Notes under the pieces: generated by a model
What the model was told of the DNA's origin: nothing
Databases searched by the model: none
The model's input: only the letters and a program-made list of their open reading frames with translations
DNA from: Orbicella franksi
Taxonomy: Eukaryota
DNA: 64,000 bases
NCBI GenBank assembly: GCA_964199315.1
Contig: OZ116712.1
Location: 6,386,001-6,450,000 of the forward strand
Reading direction: 5' to 3'
Shown: in pieces, positions 21,701 through 36,700 of the stretch
Numbering within the stretch: the stretch's first letter is position 1
Layout: every line of letters begins with the position of its first letter
Program-made: the position numbers and the translations under genes

Positions 21701-24700
21701 GTGTATTTAAATACTTCATTTTTTGAAATGTTATTGCCTCTTAAATAGGTTCTACAGCATAGCTCTTTTAATAACTAATTTTTTTTTAAATCTCTCTAAA
21801 GCCGTGGTGAAGTGTGCACAATGGCTCCTCTTCACATGCATGATGGAATGAAGGAACATCCTTTGTATGAACAGTCACTGTTGGCATTAGCCACACTCAC
21901 TAAGGTAAAGGTTCTGTCGTCATTCATATTTTGGGTGTAACAGCCCAGCTGGTTGATTGTTATGTACAGTATAGTCAGAAATCTGGAGGGTATACATGCA
22001 TACCTCACTATCCCATAGACACAAACCTCAGACAGTCAGGTAATTGGAAAGTTGTTTTTCAGGTAATATATATTAACCTTTGTTGTGACTTTTTAAAAGC
22101 AAGGTAAAAATATTTATGAAAAGTAATATTTACAGTGTATTTAATAGTTTACGTGTTACTCTCCCTTGAACTGTACAGTACCATTACATACAGTGTACGT
22201 AACTTATCACCTCAAGTGTCTTGTTTCTTGTGAGACAGATCTCATTTCTCTCGAGAGGCATTGCATTTCTCTCAATAATCACTGAAGCATTTATCATGGG
22301 ATACTAAACTCATTCTAATCACGTTGAACAAACCTATTGTATGAACGTGTACATGTATTTTATCAAATGTGTAAATTCATGCAGAATTTTCTGCATATGT
22401 ACTCATAATAATGCAGTGCAGGGTTCCTAAATTGCTTACATGTACAAATGAGTTGTGGATTGAACTTATCCTTCACACAATTATTGAGAAATTTCTGGAA
22501 TTTTATTATCTCCACAGGTTCTGATTTTAACATTGAAGCCAGAGCTTGAGGTGCTCTTCACTCACACTTTAAAGGTACAGACTGCTGTTCAGTTTAGTTT
22601 CAGTTCTTTACATATAGTATTGATTATTTTGCTGATTGCTGTATTGTTTAATCTTTAGGGTCCTGTGGATTCCTTGCCCCTTTTGTCCTGGCAGTTTGCT
22701 ATAATACAAGTAGCAGCAGAAAAAGTCATTGATCCAGTGAGTTCACCATTTTTTAGTTGATACCATTGATTATAATATGATGCTAGGTTTAATAATTACG
22801 TACATGTAGGATTACAGAGTGGATGCAGTGCAATCAGATTGCTAAAGTTGCATGGAAATGTAACTAAGGCCCTGTCCTTGCTATGCTGGAGGAATTTTAA
22901 AACAGAGGTTTCACTCTGAAAACACATCACATGTTTTCTGTTGACACTATGCCGGAGGAATTTGAAAACACAACAATCACCAGTCATTTTGGATTTGTGT
23001 TGGAGGAAAACTCAGACAGGGAAATCAAATTATAATCGGGAATACATCGTCTTCAAAAAGTTCTGTTTTCAAAATGTTTTCTGTCCACTCAAAAACGAAA
23101 AGTCAGCATTTTCAAATTTGATTAGAGTCTTTTTGAAAAGCTCAGTTTTTGTGACGGATTAGTGTGGACGGTAGGCCTAACCTTAGAAATAAAGCTGCCT
23201 TTTCGAATTCCTCCAGCATAGTGTGGACAGGGCCTAATAGCCCTTTACATTCACTGCAAGTCAATGATACTGAGACACTAGGGTTAAGCTGTACTGTAAT
23301 GTTGTACCAAAACATCAATAAAAACAAAAAACAACAGCAACAACAACAACAACAATGTTCAACAAACACAAACAAAGACAAAAACAAGAACAAGCCAAAA
23401 AAAAACACCCTGGAGAATTTAAACAGTTGTTTGATTGTTTTCAGTAACTTGCTGTAAGAACTCAGTGTTGTAGGGTTGTCACAAAGGTTTAAAGTGGTTG
23501 GCTTTACCAGCAGAGTAGCCAGCCGTGATCATGAAGTACAGTGTACAGTGTACAGTGTACATAGTGATTTTTGCTGGCAGATTGCTACATGTACTTTTGA
23601 CAACCTCAAAAACTGCATGATTATCTGTTTTGTTACAAGTTCCGTTCTTTACTGAGGCCCTTTCTAATTTTTGTTTATAACTTTGTTTTGGAATGCTTTT
23701 TTTATATTGGGATTTCTTTCCCAGTTTTGTTTGGTGTTGCAGCTCTGCATTTTTCATTATTTCTTCAGGTTCTTGCCTTTGCCAGAGGAACTGAAATTTA
23801 CTTTTACCAGGTAATGATCTTTGAGATTGCATGTATGTGCTTGCATTCTAAAATTCTATCTTTTCAGGGCAGTTTTTACAAAAGAAATTCCAGATACAGA
23901 ACTTTTTGATATGGGCTGAGAACTCCAAATGAAGCCATTCATGCAATAACATTATCATCTTTGACCTGTTTACCTCAGTGGTATACAAAGCCCTGGGTTT
24001 GTCCCTGGGTTCTTCTGATAACCATCTCAATGCAATGTATGTGGTGATTGTCCATCGTTGATAGTTTTGAAAAAACCCACTATTTTTGTTTTTCAAAGTT
24101 AAAAATACAAATCCTACAAACTGGCTTTCTTGTAGCCTTCTTAGTTTTTAAGTTACATGTAAATGATGAATTTTAGACGACCTGACCCTATTATGTAAAA
24201 GCTATAATACTTTGTATGTAGTTTAGTTTAATTTTAGTTTTATAGACATGTAAACTGCAGAGCTGCAGAGCTGTAAATTGTTCAGTGTATGCAAAATAAT
24301 GAAGGCTGTCCGTCTGTCTGTCTGCTATTCTGTCTTGATTGGTCATTATTTTAGTGACTTTTATATGCAAATTAAAGTAAATTCTGAAAAAAGGTAAATT
24401 TGACTGCTAAGAATAAACTTTAATGTTGATCTCATTCTTTTGTTTTGTTTTACAGGCTCATTCCAAGGCAGAGAAGCAAGTCAGATTTGTGTTCCTGCAG
24501 AGGATTGAGACATCTTACAAGCTCATTGCGCTAGATGTGAGAAGTGAAACTTTAATTCTTGTTTTACTCTTAACGGTGCAAGGAAAACGTACTTGGAACA
24601 AGTTTCAAGTTGTCCTTCGCGAGTCTGAAGGCCTTTTTGGATCACTTTGCTTTATCTGACAACTACTTTAGAAGTTCAGAAACTTGAATTCACTCTAGAG

Positions 24701-27700
24701 CCAAACAGAAAATTCATCCCTGGGGATGGGAGACCCCCTTATTAAAAGGAAGGGGGTGCTCGTCCAAAATTTTGAAAACCACCTCTAAGAGGTACCGAGA
24801 TCCTGGTTTGCGGGTGTGGCTTGAAACGTTTGTTCGCCCCTAAGAGGAACCAATAATTCTAAAACAACATATTATCTTCTGTTTTGTTTTTTCGACTCAA
24901 TACCCTAAAACGTACTACAAAAGCTCCCGCTGTGGACCTGTTGAGGCCGAGCACCCTAAGGGGAACCAACAACGTATTTTTAACCCCTTAAGGTACGACG
25001 ACCCCCCCCGTCCTTTTTATGTGGGAGTCCTCCCCCCCCCCCGGGAAATTCCCCAGGTCCTGACTATCAAAGAGTACAAGAAGTGCACTTTCTTTAACAC
25101 ACCAGTACCGTAGTTTGAAATCACAGCAAGATACCTAGTCTCGACCATCAGCTAATGTTTTTCCTTTCGAGGAAGAACGCGAAAGGACTCCAGCGAGCGG
25201 GGAAAAAATAAGCTTACAACTAACAAGATAAGCTTCAGTAAGATACCAAACTGGTTGTTAACGTTGCCAGCTTTTGCTGGAAACCAACTACAAAATTACA
25301 TTTCACAGTCTACACCAACCCATTGCTTGAAAACATTTAGAATACTAACTTCTGTACGACTCTCTGGTGTATACAAGTTCATTTAGAACTTGCTAGAACT
25401 GCTTTAAGATCTTTCTTTTTGTTTTTCAATTGTAGTGGTTAAATCCACAAGTAATTGCTACAGTGGACACGCTAGAAAGAGTTCACGTTATTGACGTGCG
25501 GAGTATGGAAGAACTGGAGGTAGTAATCGTAAATATTTTTGATTTATAATAGTACTTTGAATAAACAAATACATGATTGTATAAGGAAACTCCTAATTTA
25601 AGCAATGACGACGGCGACCCAGAGGACAACGCCTAGTTAAGAAAAAAAAAATTATATTTTACCTTCAAATTTCGCAATTGTCTTGATCTGTTCATTGCGC
25701 CTATTGATCTCAAAACATGCTCAAGTTAAATATGTAACGCCAGTGTTCAATTTCAAATGGAAATACAACAAAATTGGCCGCCGTCGTTCGTGTTCTCCAA
25801 AATACGCAGAACTTGCTTAAGCAAACCACGACGACGACGGCAACGAGAACGTCACAAAATGAAAGATCTAATGAGCAAAACAGTAACTTTGTACGTGCGT
25901 TATAGATCTTTGTACATTTCTTTGCCGTCCTCTGCAAAACAACAACGTAAAATGACCAAGTTTTGCGTCATCTACGGAACGTGGACGACGAAGGCTAATT
26001 TTTCGTTTTTCCATTTGGAATTGAACACCGTCGTTGCATACTTAGCTTAAGCACGTTTTAAGAGCCATTGGCGTACCGAACAGATCTAGACAATCGCAAA
26101 TTTCGCTTGTAAAATATAAATACACTTTTTACTAGGCGTCATCCTCGGCGTCGTCGTCGTCGTTGCTTAAGCTCCCTGTTGTTGTGCAGAGGACGGTAAA
26201 GAAATGTACAAAGATTTATAACGCACGTGCGCAGCTATTGTTCTACTCATTAAACTTTTTGTCTGGTGGCGATCTCGTTATCGTTGCCGTCGTGGTTGCT
26301 TAAGTTCTCTAATTTTAAGAAAGGAAAGTGTTACGTGTTTCTTTACGGTTATAGAGAACTTTAAATTAATTTTTTTTGTCAAATTTTGTTATTTTCAAAA
26401 AGTACTGCAGTTTACTGTATGTTGTTTATAATTGACGTGACTGACTTACTAGTGAACGGCTAAACATGAATAAAATTTTGGTGTGTCGTGTGTTTTATTT
26501 GATGGTTCATCAACTTTCTTGCAGGTTCTTGATCTGAGTGCTGTTCAACTTGTGTACAGTAGCAGTTATTTCAAGTCACTTTCCACTGGAGGGAATGTTA
26601 GCAAGGCGTTGGTGAGAATCCTTATGCTCATTGTTATAAGATTAAATGATCATTCTACAGCATCCACACTACGCCAGAGAAATTTGAAAACACAACCTTA
26701 TTTCTTCCGACCTCTTCCGTTAGGCTTTCCCTCCACACTAATCCGTCACGAAAACGGAGCTTTTCGAAAACGCTCTTCAAACCGGACGAATTTGAAAACG
26801 CCGGCTTTGCGTTTTAGGATGAACGGAAAACATTTTGAAAACGGAGCTTTTCGAANNNNNNNNNNNNNNNNNNNNNNNNNNNNNNNNNNNNNNNNNNNNN
26901 NNNNNNNNNNNNNNNNNNNNNNNNNNNNNNNNNNNNNNNNNNNNNNNNNNNNNNNNNNNNNNNNNNNNNNNNNNNNNNNNNNNNNNNNNNNNNNNNNNNN
27001 NNCGTCACGTAAATACGTGGTTTTCAGAGAGGTCCTCTATAAAATAAAAAGTATTAAAATCTAAAATAAGAAATACAATTATCACAGATCTAAAATATAA
27101 AATATACAATAATTAAAAGTACTAAAACTACCAAAACTACCTACTGTCATTTTTTCTAAAAATGTTTATCCATTAAGAACCTTATAAGGTTTTTCTTAAA
27201 AATTGTGCATGGCATTGGCTTTCTTAAAAATACTGGGAGAGACATCCAGTCATTTGTAGGACACACTTTCCGCATTCCGTTTTAGGTTTAGGCAATCTAG
27301 GTAAGTAGCCATGTCTAGTGTTGTAGCCACGTGAACTTCTTAGTGTCGATTTAAAACTTTCAAAATGTTGCGGAATGTCTCCTTTGATTGCATTTTCTAC
27401 GGCGGTACATCGGTGAGAAAAACGTCTTTCAGCCAGAGGGAGCCAATTCAGACACTTCAGAGCTTCTGAAGAAGACATCTTCCCTAATTTAATTTTCTTC
27501 GCAAATTTGTTCTGAAAACTTTGCAATTTTTCCATTTATAATTTCCCTGTCCGAGATTTCCTCAAACACAAATGCGATGATTGATTCGTTTTCAAATTTC
27601 TCCCGCGTAGTGTGGACGGGACTTAAGTGTAAGGATGTGCGGGTACAAAATAATGACAGCAATGTGCAAAAGCAATCCAAAAGAATATTAATTTCAACCA

Positions 27701-30700
27701 GGCTTGTGCTTTTCTTGGTGTTTAGTATGATGCGAATACCTAATCTTAGGCCCCGTTCTTACGTCGCATTTCTGCCGTGTCGAATTCAATTCAATGTATT
27801 AAATTCGACGGAAATTCGACGTCTGAATCGGCTGTCGCATTTCTGCCGCACGTTCGACTGGTCCTGTCGCATTATCCGACAGAAATGCGACACCAATTCA
27901 GGCGTCGAATTTCTGCCGTGTCGAATCTAATGCATACATTATGTTAATGTATTGCGGAGCATGCGTAAATGTTTTCCCGCCAAAGAAAAAGGAGAAACTT
28001 GGTCATTCTCGACCCAATGCAACCTGAACATATTGCAACATATACTGCTCTGTTGCCAGCCTTCTCCTTCTTGTTCCATTGGCGGACAATTTTTCACAAA
28101 ATTATAGTCCTTCGTCGCTCGGTATTTTCGTCCGCCATATTGAGTACTCTACGTTTAAAACACTTTCCGCTTGCCGACATACCCGACAGTATAAATTCTG
28201 AATTAAGTGCGACACAAGTGCGACGTATGAATCCACAGTCGCATTTCTGTCGCACTTAACTGAATTGAATTCGACACGGCAGAAATGCGACGTATGAACT
28301 GGGCCTTAGAAAGCATTCCCTCTTTAGGTTGCCGCTAGTGAACATTCATGCTACCAAACAGTGGCAGTTTTCAATGGACAACAGTTATTGTTGGGAGTTA
28401 AGGTAGGTAAAGGTAAAGTCTGTATAAAAGCCAAGTGGTTCCTCAGGCCTGAGCTTTTCCCGGTTTCTGTAGCATGAAGCGACTAGGAGTATTTCTACTC
28501 CCCCCTGGATGGAATGCTAGTCTATCGTAGGGTTGTGCCCCCAGCATTAACCTCGCCGATACCTACCTATACACTGGGTGGAGAGAGGTACTGTGAGAGT
28601 CACGTGTCTTGCCCAAGAACACAACACCGTGTTCCCGGCCAGGACTCGAACCCGGACCGCTCGATCCGGAGTTAAGCGCACTAACCATGAGGCCACCATT
28701 ATGTTAAGCCAAAATGAATTCAGCGACGACTGTCCTATTGGCAAAGTATTGGGGGAAACCTTATAACCTGATACTCCCATCTGGGTCCGAGTGACAGTTG
28801 TAGAGTTCCCCGTTGTTTAATGCCAGTGACAGAAAGCGGAGTTAAGCCTCGGATAAGTGGGTCAACTGGGCGTGATTTTTCTCTTCAAGAAGCTGATATA
28901 TTTGAGGGGTGAAGTGAGTGCTTGATCAATGGTGGCTTTGATACTTGATACTTGATACATGTATATCTCAGCTTGTTGTTTGATTTTGTGCTTCATTTCA
29001 GTCCGTCCATGTGTTGACATTAAGGAACTGGCGTGATGTAAGTGCCCAATAAAACTCTCTTCCTATAAAAAGTACTTACCGTGTTGCGATATATAAATAA
29101 TGATCATGATCAATGGTGTTTATGGCCTATTTGAAATTGAAAATTTCTATTTCAAATTCTAGTCTATCCCACTGTACCATTTCAGAATGATTCGAAAGCA
29201 CATTCATCTACATGTATATATTTTATAACCATTCAGCCACGGAAATGACTCTGAGTTGGACGTCTGTTTGACGCTGAAAGCTGAGGACAATTTTAAATTA
29301 TCATCTAAACTGTCATTCTGTGGATGTTAGGCAGGAGATTTCCCATATCAGCCCCTGCACTTGGTCAAGTACTTCCTGATTTTTGTTATTTGTTTTCCCA
29401 TTTCAGAGAATAGAAGTGTTTGTGAGGCAGAATAACTTCCTTGATGCTCTTGAACTAGCTTTGTCCTTTTACGATGGGACCGCCATGGCAGTTATCGGTG
29501 GGTCTCACACTAGCAGCTCAATGCTCAATTTTCCATTCTCTCTTCCAATTGGTGAATTTTTGTTCTGGTTTAAGGTTTGCTTGGAAATAAAGAGCAGAGG
29601 ATGGTAGAAATTGCTGCTCAGGTTGGTACTTTCATTGTTATATATATGTTTTTTTCATTCAACGTGGAATGTACATTTATGTGACAACAAAAACAGAAAC
29701 AGCATAACAATAACAACAGTAGCAATAGCAATAGCAACAACAACAACTACAACAACAACAACAACAACAACAATGATAACAACAGAACAGCAACAACAAA
29801 AAATAAAGCAACAACAACAACAGCAACAATAATCACAGACGACACCAAATGATTCTTTCTTTTTCCGCCCTAGATCGAGGAATTACTGCTTGCCTATGTA
29901 GATATCACGGTATTCGTGAGCTGTCCTAAAACTAAAGATTCTGAAGAGCTCAGAACTTACTTCAAGGTACGCCGTTTAAGTTGAGTACTTGTTTTATTGC
30001 TGTCATTACATGATTTATTCAGTCAAAAAGCAGTTACGACTTTAAGTCTTAATCGATACTCTATTTCAGACCCCTAAAACACGTCTCTAATACGGTGACT
30101 TCAGCTAACCAGAAATGGCTTTCATTTGCGTAAACAGCTGAGAGGGCTTTAGATCCCCCTATTTTACTGGGAATAACCAGTTTCATCTAAACGTCGTTCC
30201 CAATTGCTATAAACATTTCCCATGTCAGACCAAACCGGTCAAAATCTAGACGCTATTTCAGGCCAAAAAGGCGCAAAACCATACACTTTTACACCGCACA
30301 TACCTTGAAAGCTTACATTAAGGATTTCTCCTGTACTGGGCTGGCAGGGGGATGTTTTACTAATGGTTGTAACATCCCTCGGTTAGTTTATTATGGGTCT
30401 AGATTGACACCCTAGATGCATTGGGTAGATAGATGTTAAGATTTTGTCAAATTAAAAGTTTATTTGGTAGGTTAACGCAACAGAATGTCTCAATGTATAT
30501 ACCACTTCTTGCTAAATACGTGATTTCTGTTTCTTTACCAGGAGATGGTTCCGATCTTTATAAAATACAGTCTTGCTATCAATAATATGTAAGTTAAACA
30601 CCAGTAATGCGTTTTTCTTTTACCTATTTTTTTCTTGATAAATAGGGTAAATTACGCTATTTGGGTTATCATGCTACGCTCAAACTGGTTTAAAACTGAA

Positions 30701-33700
30701 CCAGTTATGCCTCTAAAGACTGGCTTGAATTGAATGAACTAGAAGGTGAACTAAGAAACAAATGAAAAAAAAAAAAAAAAAAGAACGAGTAATGACACGG
30801 ACAAGGGACGTACAAGAAACGAATGAACAAACGAACAAATCAACGAACTAGTGAAGAGGTGAACGAGCCAGCGTGCTAGCGAGCCAGCATGTCAGTGCAG
30901 GAACAAACGAAGAACGAAGGAGTGAGCGGACGAGCGATCAAACGAAGGAGTGAATGAAAGAACAAACAAACGAAAAATAAAGAAGGCGAACGTAGGAATG
31001 GATTAATAAACGAATGAATTTGAAAATGAAAGGACGGACGAACTGACGGATGGATGGACGGAGGAAAGAGCGAACGAACGAACAAACGAACGAACTAACG
31101 AACGAGCGAACGAACGAACGAACGGGCGAACGTTGGAGCGAATGGAAGAAGAAACGAGTGAAAGCGAACAGTGGATGAGCGGAATGAACACGTCAATGAA
31201 ATGTTAAAGTTTGGAGCTTGTAGATAAAGATAAGCAGGAATGATATCGCATTTAGGAAAGAAAAGTTTTACAGTCAGTTATTATGTATATGTGAAATAAT
31301 TATTTCTTTCTTTCAGTTTAGATGGTCGATGCGTAGTAGCTAAGGGCATCGACCACTACAAACATCCAATATTTAACATTTTAACAACAACAGCAGCCAA
31401 ACCGCGTTAATACAACCACCTTCGGACAGTAGAACTGTGCCAGTTTTGAAGGGGTTTTTAAGACAAGAAAATGACGAACAAAGTGGAGTTATAAACATGG
31501 TAGTCGCAACGTGCGGTTCCGCTGTACTGAAATACTGTCCTCTCATTTGGATTTCCAGGGACCTTTTATTCAGAGAGATATATGATAAGTTCAGCGAAGA
31601 TCCAGTCGGGAAAATTGTGTTTCTAGAAAGCCTGGAACCGCATATTTTAGCAGACAAGTAAGTTTTGTAACTGTGGTTGCTGTTTTAAGTTAATAATGCG
31701 TTAAGTAAATCTAATCAACTATATCATTGCCTTGTAATGCTGAAATTAGCAATAGTTACGTGTTTTCTTTGTTTTTAGATTGACGTCTTTGAGTCCTGTT
31801 GTAATGAAAGAGTTCATAGGTAATGTCTTTTGAGTAAGAATAATTCAAGTGATAAATAGATGTAATTACAATATAACTGTAAAAATCAACGTCCATAGAA
31901 CTGGAAGCTAACTAGAGGACAGCTGAGTCCAAGAGTTGAATTCGTTTTGATGCGTACTACTTATCAACACGGTAGAAAACTGAATAAATACCTAAAAGCT
32001 TAAACCTCAACTCAAAAGAAAAGCAAATGAAAAAATAGTTCATATAGTGTAATCGTCTGGGTGAGAGTAGTTCTGAATAGAACTGTTGCTGGTGACTGAC
32101 GTTTCGGCAACCCGAGCAGAATTCATCTTCAAAATCAAGTGTTTGTCAGTCGGTGGTCTGGTCCGGTCCGTTGAAACTGATCGATCAGTTTAGCTATGAC
32201 CGTGCATAGAAGTAGTCCAGTTACTTGTATGTTACACTGTACCAAGAAACTTACTAGAACGACCAATGACTGTTGGCAATTTTGACTTTACTCGAGTCTT
32301 ACAGCCAATGCCAGCAAGGCTAAACTGATCAATCACTTTCAACGGACCAGACAAATGACTTATAACATCATCGACTGACAAACACTATTCACTTGATTCT
32401 GAAGATGACTTCCGCTCAGGTTTTCGAAACCTCAGTCACCAACAACTGTGCTTTTCAGAACTGCACTCACCGAGACGATCACACTATACGAACTAATGTA
32501 GTTCATTCATCTATTTCTATCACAGAACATTATCAACAGCAAGACAAGCTCAAAGAAGTTGAATCCTGCCTGATGCATCTTGATGTGACCAATCTAGATA
32601 TTCATCAAGTACGTATTGCACGCTTAGGCCTCGTCCACACGACTCCGGAGGAACTTTGAAAACGGAGGTTTCGCTCTGAGAACACATCAGATGTTTTCCG
32701 TCCACACTTCGCCAGAGAAATTTGTAAACACAACAATCACCGCTAATTTTTGATTCCCACAACAGGCCTAGTTGTTCAAAGATTAGATAACGCTATCCAC
32801 CGGATAAATTGCCATCCATTGGGTAAATGTTAGCAAAACAAACCACGTTATCCACTGGATAATTATTGATCCAATGGATAGCGTTGTACGCCCTTCCAGC
32901 AGGCCGGGACAGTGACATTTTTGGCTTGGCGTTGTGATTATATTATCGCACGTTTGCTTTGTCAGTGATTAATTCTGTGATTCCATTTGGTCTTAATTAG
33001 TATTACTGCTCTCTATTATCAATTTATCTCCCAACAGATGGTAAAGCTATGTTGGGCACATGGCTTGTATGACGCGATTTTCTATGTTTACAACAGGGGA
33101 ATGCGCGACTATTGTACACCACTAGAGGTAAAACTTTGCGCACTCTTAGAATGTAGAAACTTTTGACTACAACCTTAAAATGAACCGTTTCGTATAGCGG
33201 GAGTCGTTAAAATTGACTTCTAAAACGCGCAAATGAGCAAATTCTAACAGATTCTTCGAAAGAATTGTGCTACATTTGGCGCCGTTTTTCAAAAAGCTGT
33301 TGAGTAATGTCGAAGATCATGATTTCACGTTTTGTGACAAGTTCAAAATTTCCTGGCCAGGCCGCATCTGTCACCTGGGGGAAACAAACTAAACAACAAA
33401 CAATGTTTGGTGTTGTAAGTTTTCTCAGCTGTCTAGAGGTAAAACCGTGTTAGTGGTAGTTGGTTTTCACCTAGTCAGTTCAGAATTACATGCGACGGAG
33501 ATATGTTTGATTTCGAACTTGCTAAAATCAATACAAATCTTATGTTATACTCGAGACCACAGATAACTATTCAAATTTTTAAATTAATCTTCAACAGGAA
33601 CTTATCAATGTTTTGAAAAGTACTGGGCAATCTAGGACACCATTTTTAGGTAAGTCGAAACGATAACCAATTGTAAAGATAAGGTTTTCAATAAAAGAAC

Positions 33701-36700
33701 AAACAATAACAATTATAGTAAAAGCAACAGTGGCAACAACAGCTCGAACATCAACAAACAAAAACAACAACTGTAACAACAGCAACAACAACAACAACAA
33801 CAACAACAACAAGGAAAAAAACAATAACAAGGGCAAAAGTAACTACAAATTGCGGGACAACGATTGTAATAAAGTTGCAACATTCTTAAAGACGTGCTTG
33901 GATTATTAACCTTAGGAACTCTTGTTGCCTCCAATTTTTGCCACCTGGCCAAAGACTAATGAGATTGGACATTTTGGCGTCTTAGAATCACATTCGGTTT
34001 TTGAGTTCATCAACTGATGGTGTGCCGTGTTTGTACATGTGGCTCCAATTTTTGCCACCGAAGACTGGGGAGATTGGAAATTTTGACGTCTTGGAGTCAG
34101 ATTCGGGTTTTGAGTTCATCATCTGATGGTGTGCCATGTTTTTGTTCATAGATTCAGATCTGTCTTTGGGAAACAAACTGTTGGTATACATCAGCTGTTG
34201 TCTCGCCGGACAGGCCTACCCTATAGGTACAATCCCTGAGGATTACGCACAGGACGTTAAGAAAGAGGTAGAGTTTTTGTTCCCAATTTTAATTCCTTGA
34301 TCAAAAATAACGAGAATATCATAAAGGTGTTTCGAAACCGATCGCCCGAAAGGTGAGAGAACTGCAGATGACTCTGTTGTCAAAAAGTAAGCCCCACTAC
34401 TTGAATGAAATTGTTGCTCAATACAGATGCAACCAAGCTCGAGTGTTTCAGCTGAAACATGGCGAAACAGGGGCGAAAAAGATGTAAAATTCCATAAAAT
34501 ACCTTAATTGTGTCGCAGAGCTACCCGATCTGTCCCCAGACATTATCTGTTCCGAGATGCGAACTGTTTCCGATAGCGAAGCTTGAGGGAAACTCTGAGC
34601 GTATTCACGTGACGTGTGACGCGCAATTCACGTGACACGTTTAGACCAATCACTTGCAAGTGAAAATATTTGATGGATTATGTCTCATTCTAAGAATATT
34701 GTTTTACTTTTGTTCTTTAGGTGTTCAACTGCATAGCGACTCAACACACTAAAGACGGGTTTGAAAGTAAGCGAGGCTCTTCTTTTCTGTTCAAAATGTA
34801 GCGATAAATGAATGGCTTAGTGCAAGACTGACGTAAGTGACTTTTTCGGGTGAAAAATGATTTTTTTGTTCAAAAGCGCCCGAATTTTTGCGTGTCGTCT
34901 TCAATTGAGTAGAAGAGCATAGCCCTGTACATTTTTTTAGCTGGTTTGCGCTTTGTCTTCGGAAAAAAAAAGAAAGAAACATTAGGACAACGGTGACTTC
35001 AAAACAATAATACAGGGCCGCAAAACGAAATGGATGAACATGGGCCTTAAAGAAAGATGAGCCTATAACTTGACAGTTACAGTAAAGGTAACATAACCCC
35101 ACGGCTAGCGTTAGACCTAAAAGCAAACCCTAACCCTTGGCCTAGGGTTGGCATTTAGTGTTAGGGTTACCGTTTTAGTGCTAGGCTTTAGGGTTAAGGC
35201 TAGGACTAGGGCTAGGGCTAGGGCTTAGGGCTAGAGTCTCTAAACACTTTGTGCTAGGGTTAGTTCTATTTTGGTGCTAGCCTAGGGAAAATAATAAAAC
35301 AAGATAACGCTTCATTTCATAAACACAGCATGCATGATCGTAAGTCTAAATAAAGTCAACGACCAGTGTCTATTAGCGGTGGTTACCTATCTTCTGAGAG
35401 TGAAACGTTTTGCAATCAGTGAAAACATGAAACTCGTTTAGAACAAAAAAGAGTTCGGTTTGCATTCTTTCAAAAAAAAAAAAAGTGACAATCACTAGCG
35501 AAGTGCGGCATTTCATAGGTGCTACTGCGATGATGTAAAACGTTTTGAAATGCAATGTGCTATAACAGCGATGCTTGCCATTACTTTGACTGCGTGACGA
35601 ACAACAAATACCTTATAAAACATATTTCGTGAAACGTTTTGCAATCAGTGAAAACATGAAACTCGTTAAGAACAAAAAAGAGTTCGGTTTGCATTTCAAA
35701 AAAAAAAAAGTGAAAATCACTAGCGAAATGCGGCGTTTCATAGGTGCTACTGCGATGTAAAACGTTTTGAAATTCAATGAGCTATAACAGCGCAGCTTGC
35801 CGTTACTTTGACTGCGTGAGGAACAACAAATACCTTATAAAACATATTTCGTGAAATGTTGCCACAAGGAATTAACGCTTGACATTCGAAGAAAGACGAT
35901 TTTTCCGAATTACAGTACTTGAACGGCTGAGTCAATCTGAAATTGCTCCGTCTCTGCGATAATTAAATACCCTGTATATTTGTGAAAACACTGTACTGAA
36001 TCTAAGCGGGAAAACCGAAAACAAACGGAAAATATATAGCAAAAGGAATGGCATATTTAAAGAAAAAAGACTTACACTGTTGTCTCTTTCTCTCGCCATC
36101 CTCTAACCTCACAAACGAATCATTCCATTGGGATTCCATGATAATAAAGGCAAGCGATCGAAAGCCGTTAGTCCATAATATGATTGGCGTTTGTTTGCCC
36201 CAGTTCCCAAAAGGTCAACTGTCACACTGTAACACAACAATGGTCAACAATCGCGACTTTGGATCAATCATTTCTCTTACATGAAAACATTGGCCATTTA
36301 TTCCTGGAAAGAATCGGGGCTCAGGGCTATTTTTGTCTAAATAAAGTAATACATTGCTTTTCTCAGTGAAAAAAAATATCTTTTCCGTCGATTCTGTTTC
36401 AATTAATATTCCGTTGGCTGAGCGAAATGTAAGTTTGTGACGTTTTCCATTGCCGACCGAGATCGACTGACAAGACCTATCGAGATGCATTAAAGATTAT
36501 TATGGGATATCCCTGAGCAACTTCAACACGGCAAGGCCTACGGGCCGACTAAACAGATTTTTTAAGAGTCTAAAAGCACTTCTTTATTTCCAAACGTTCT
36601 GCGCAGCAACATTTGGCAAATGGGCCACTTCTCGCCATCGACTCATTTTTTTGCATGAGAAGTGCTTTCAATCTCCTCGCCTGGCTTCAGTGTGCCTTCG

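Noticed and set aside
26483-27064. 193-aa ORF
   Set aside because: An artefact joining VPS8 exon 18, a MITE and the N gap.
35105-35290. True telomere or chromosome fusion site
   Set aside because: Short, degenerate and enclosed within a TIR-bounded element.
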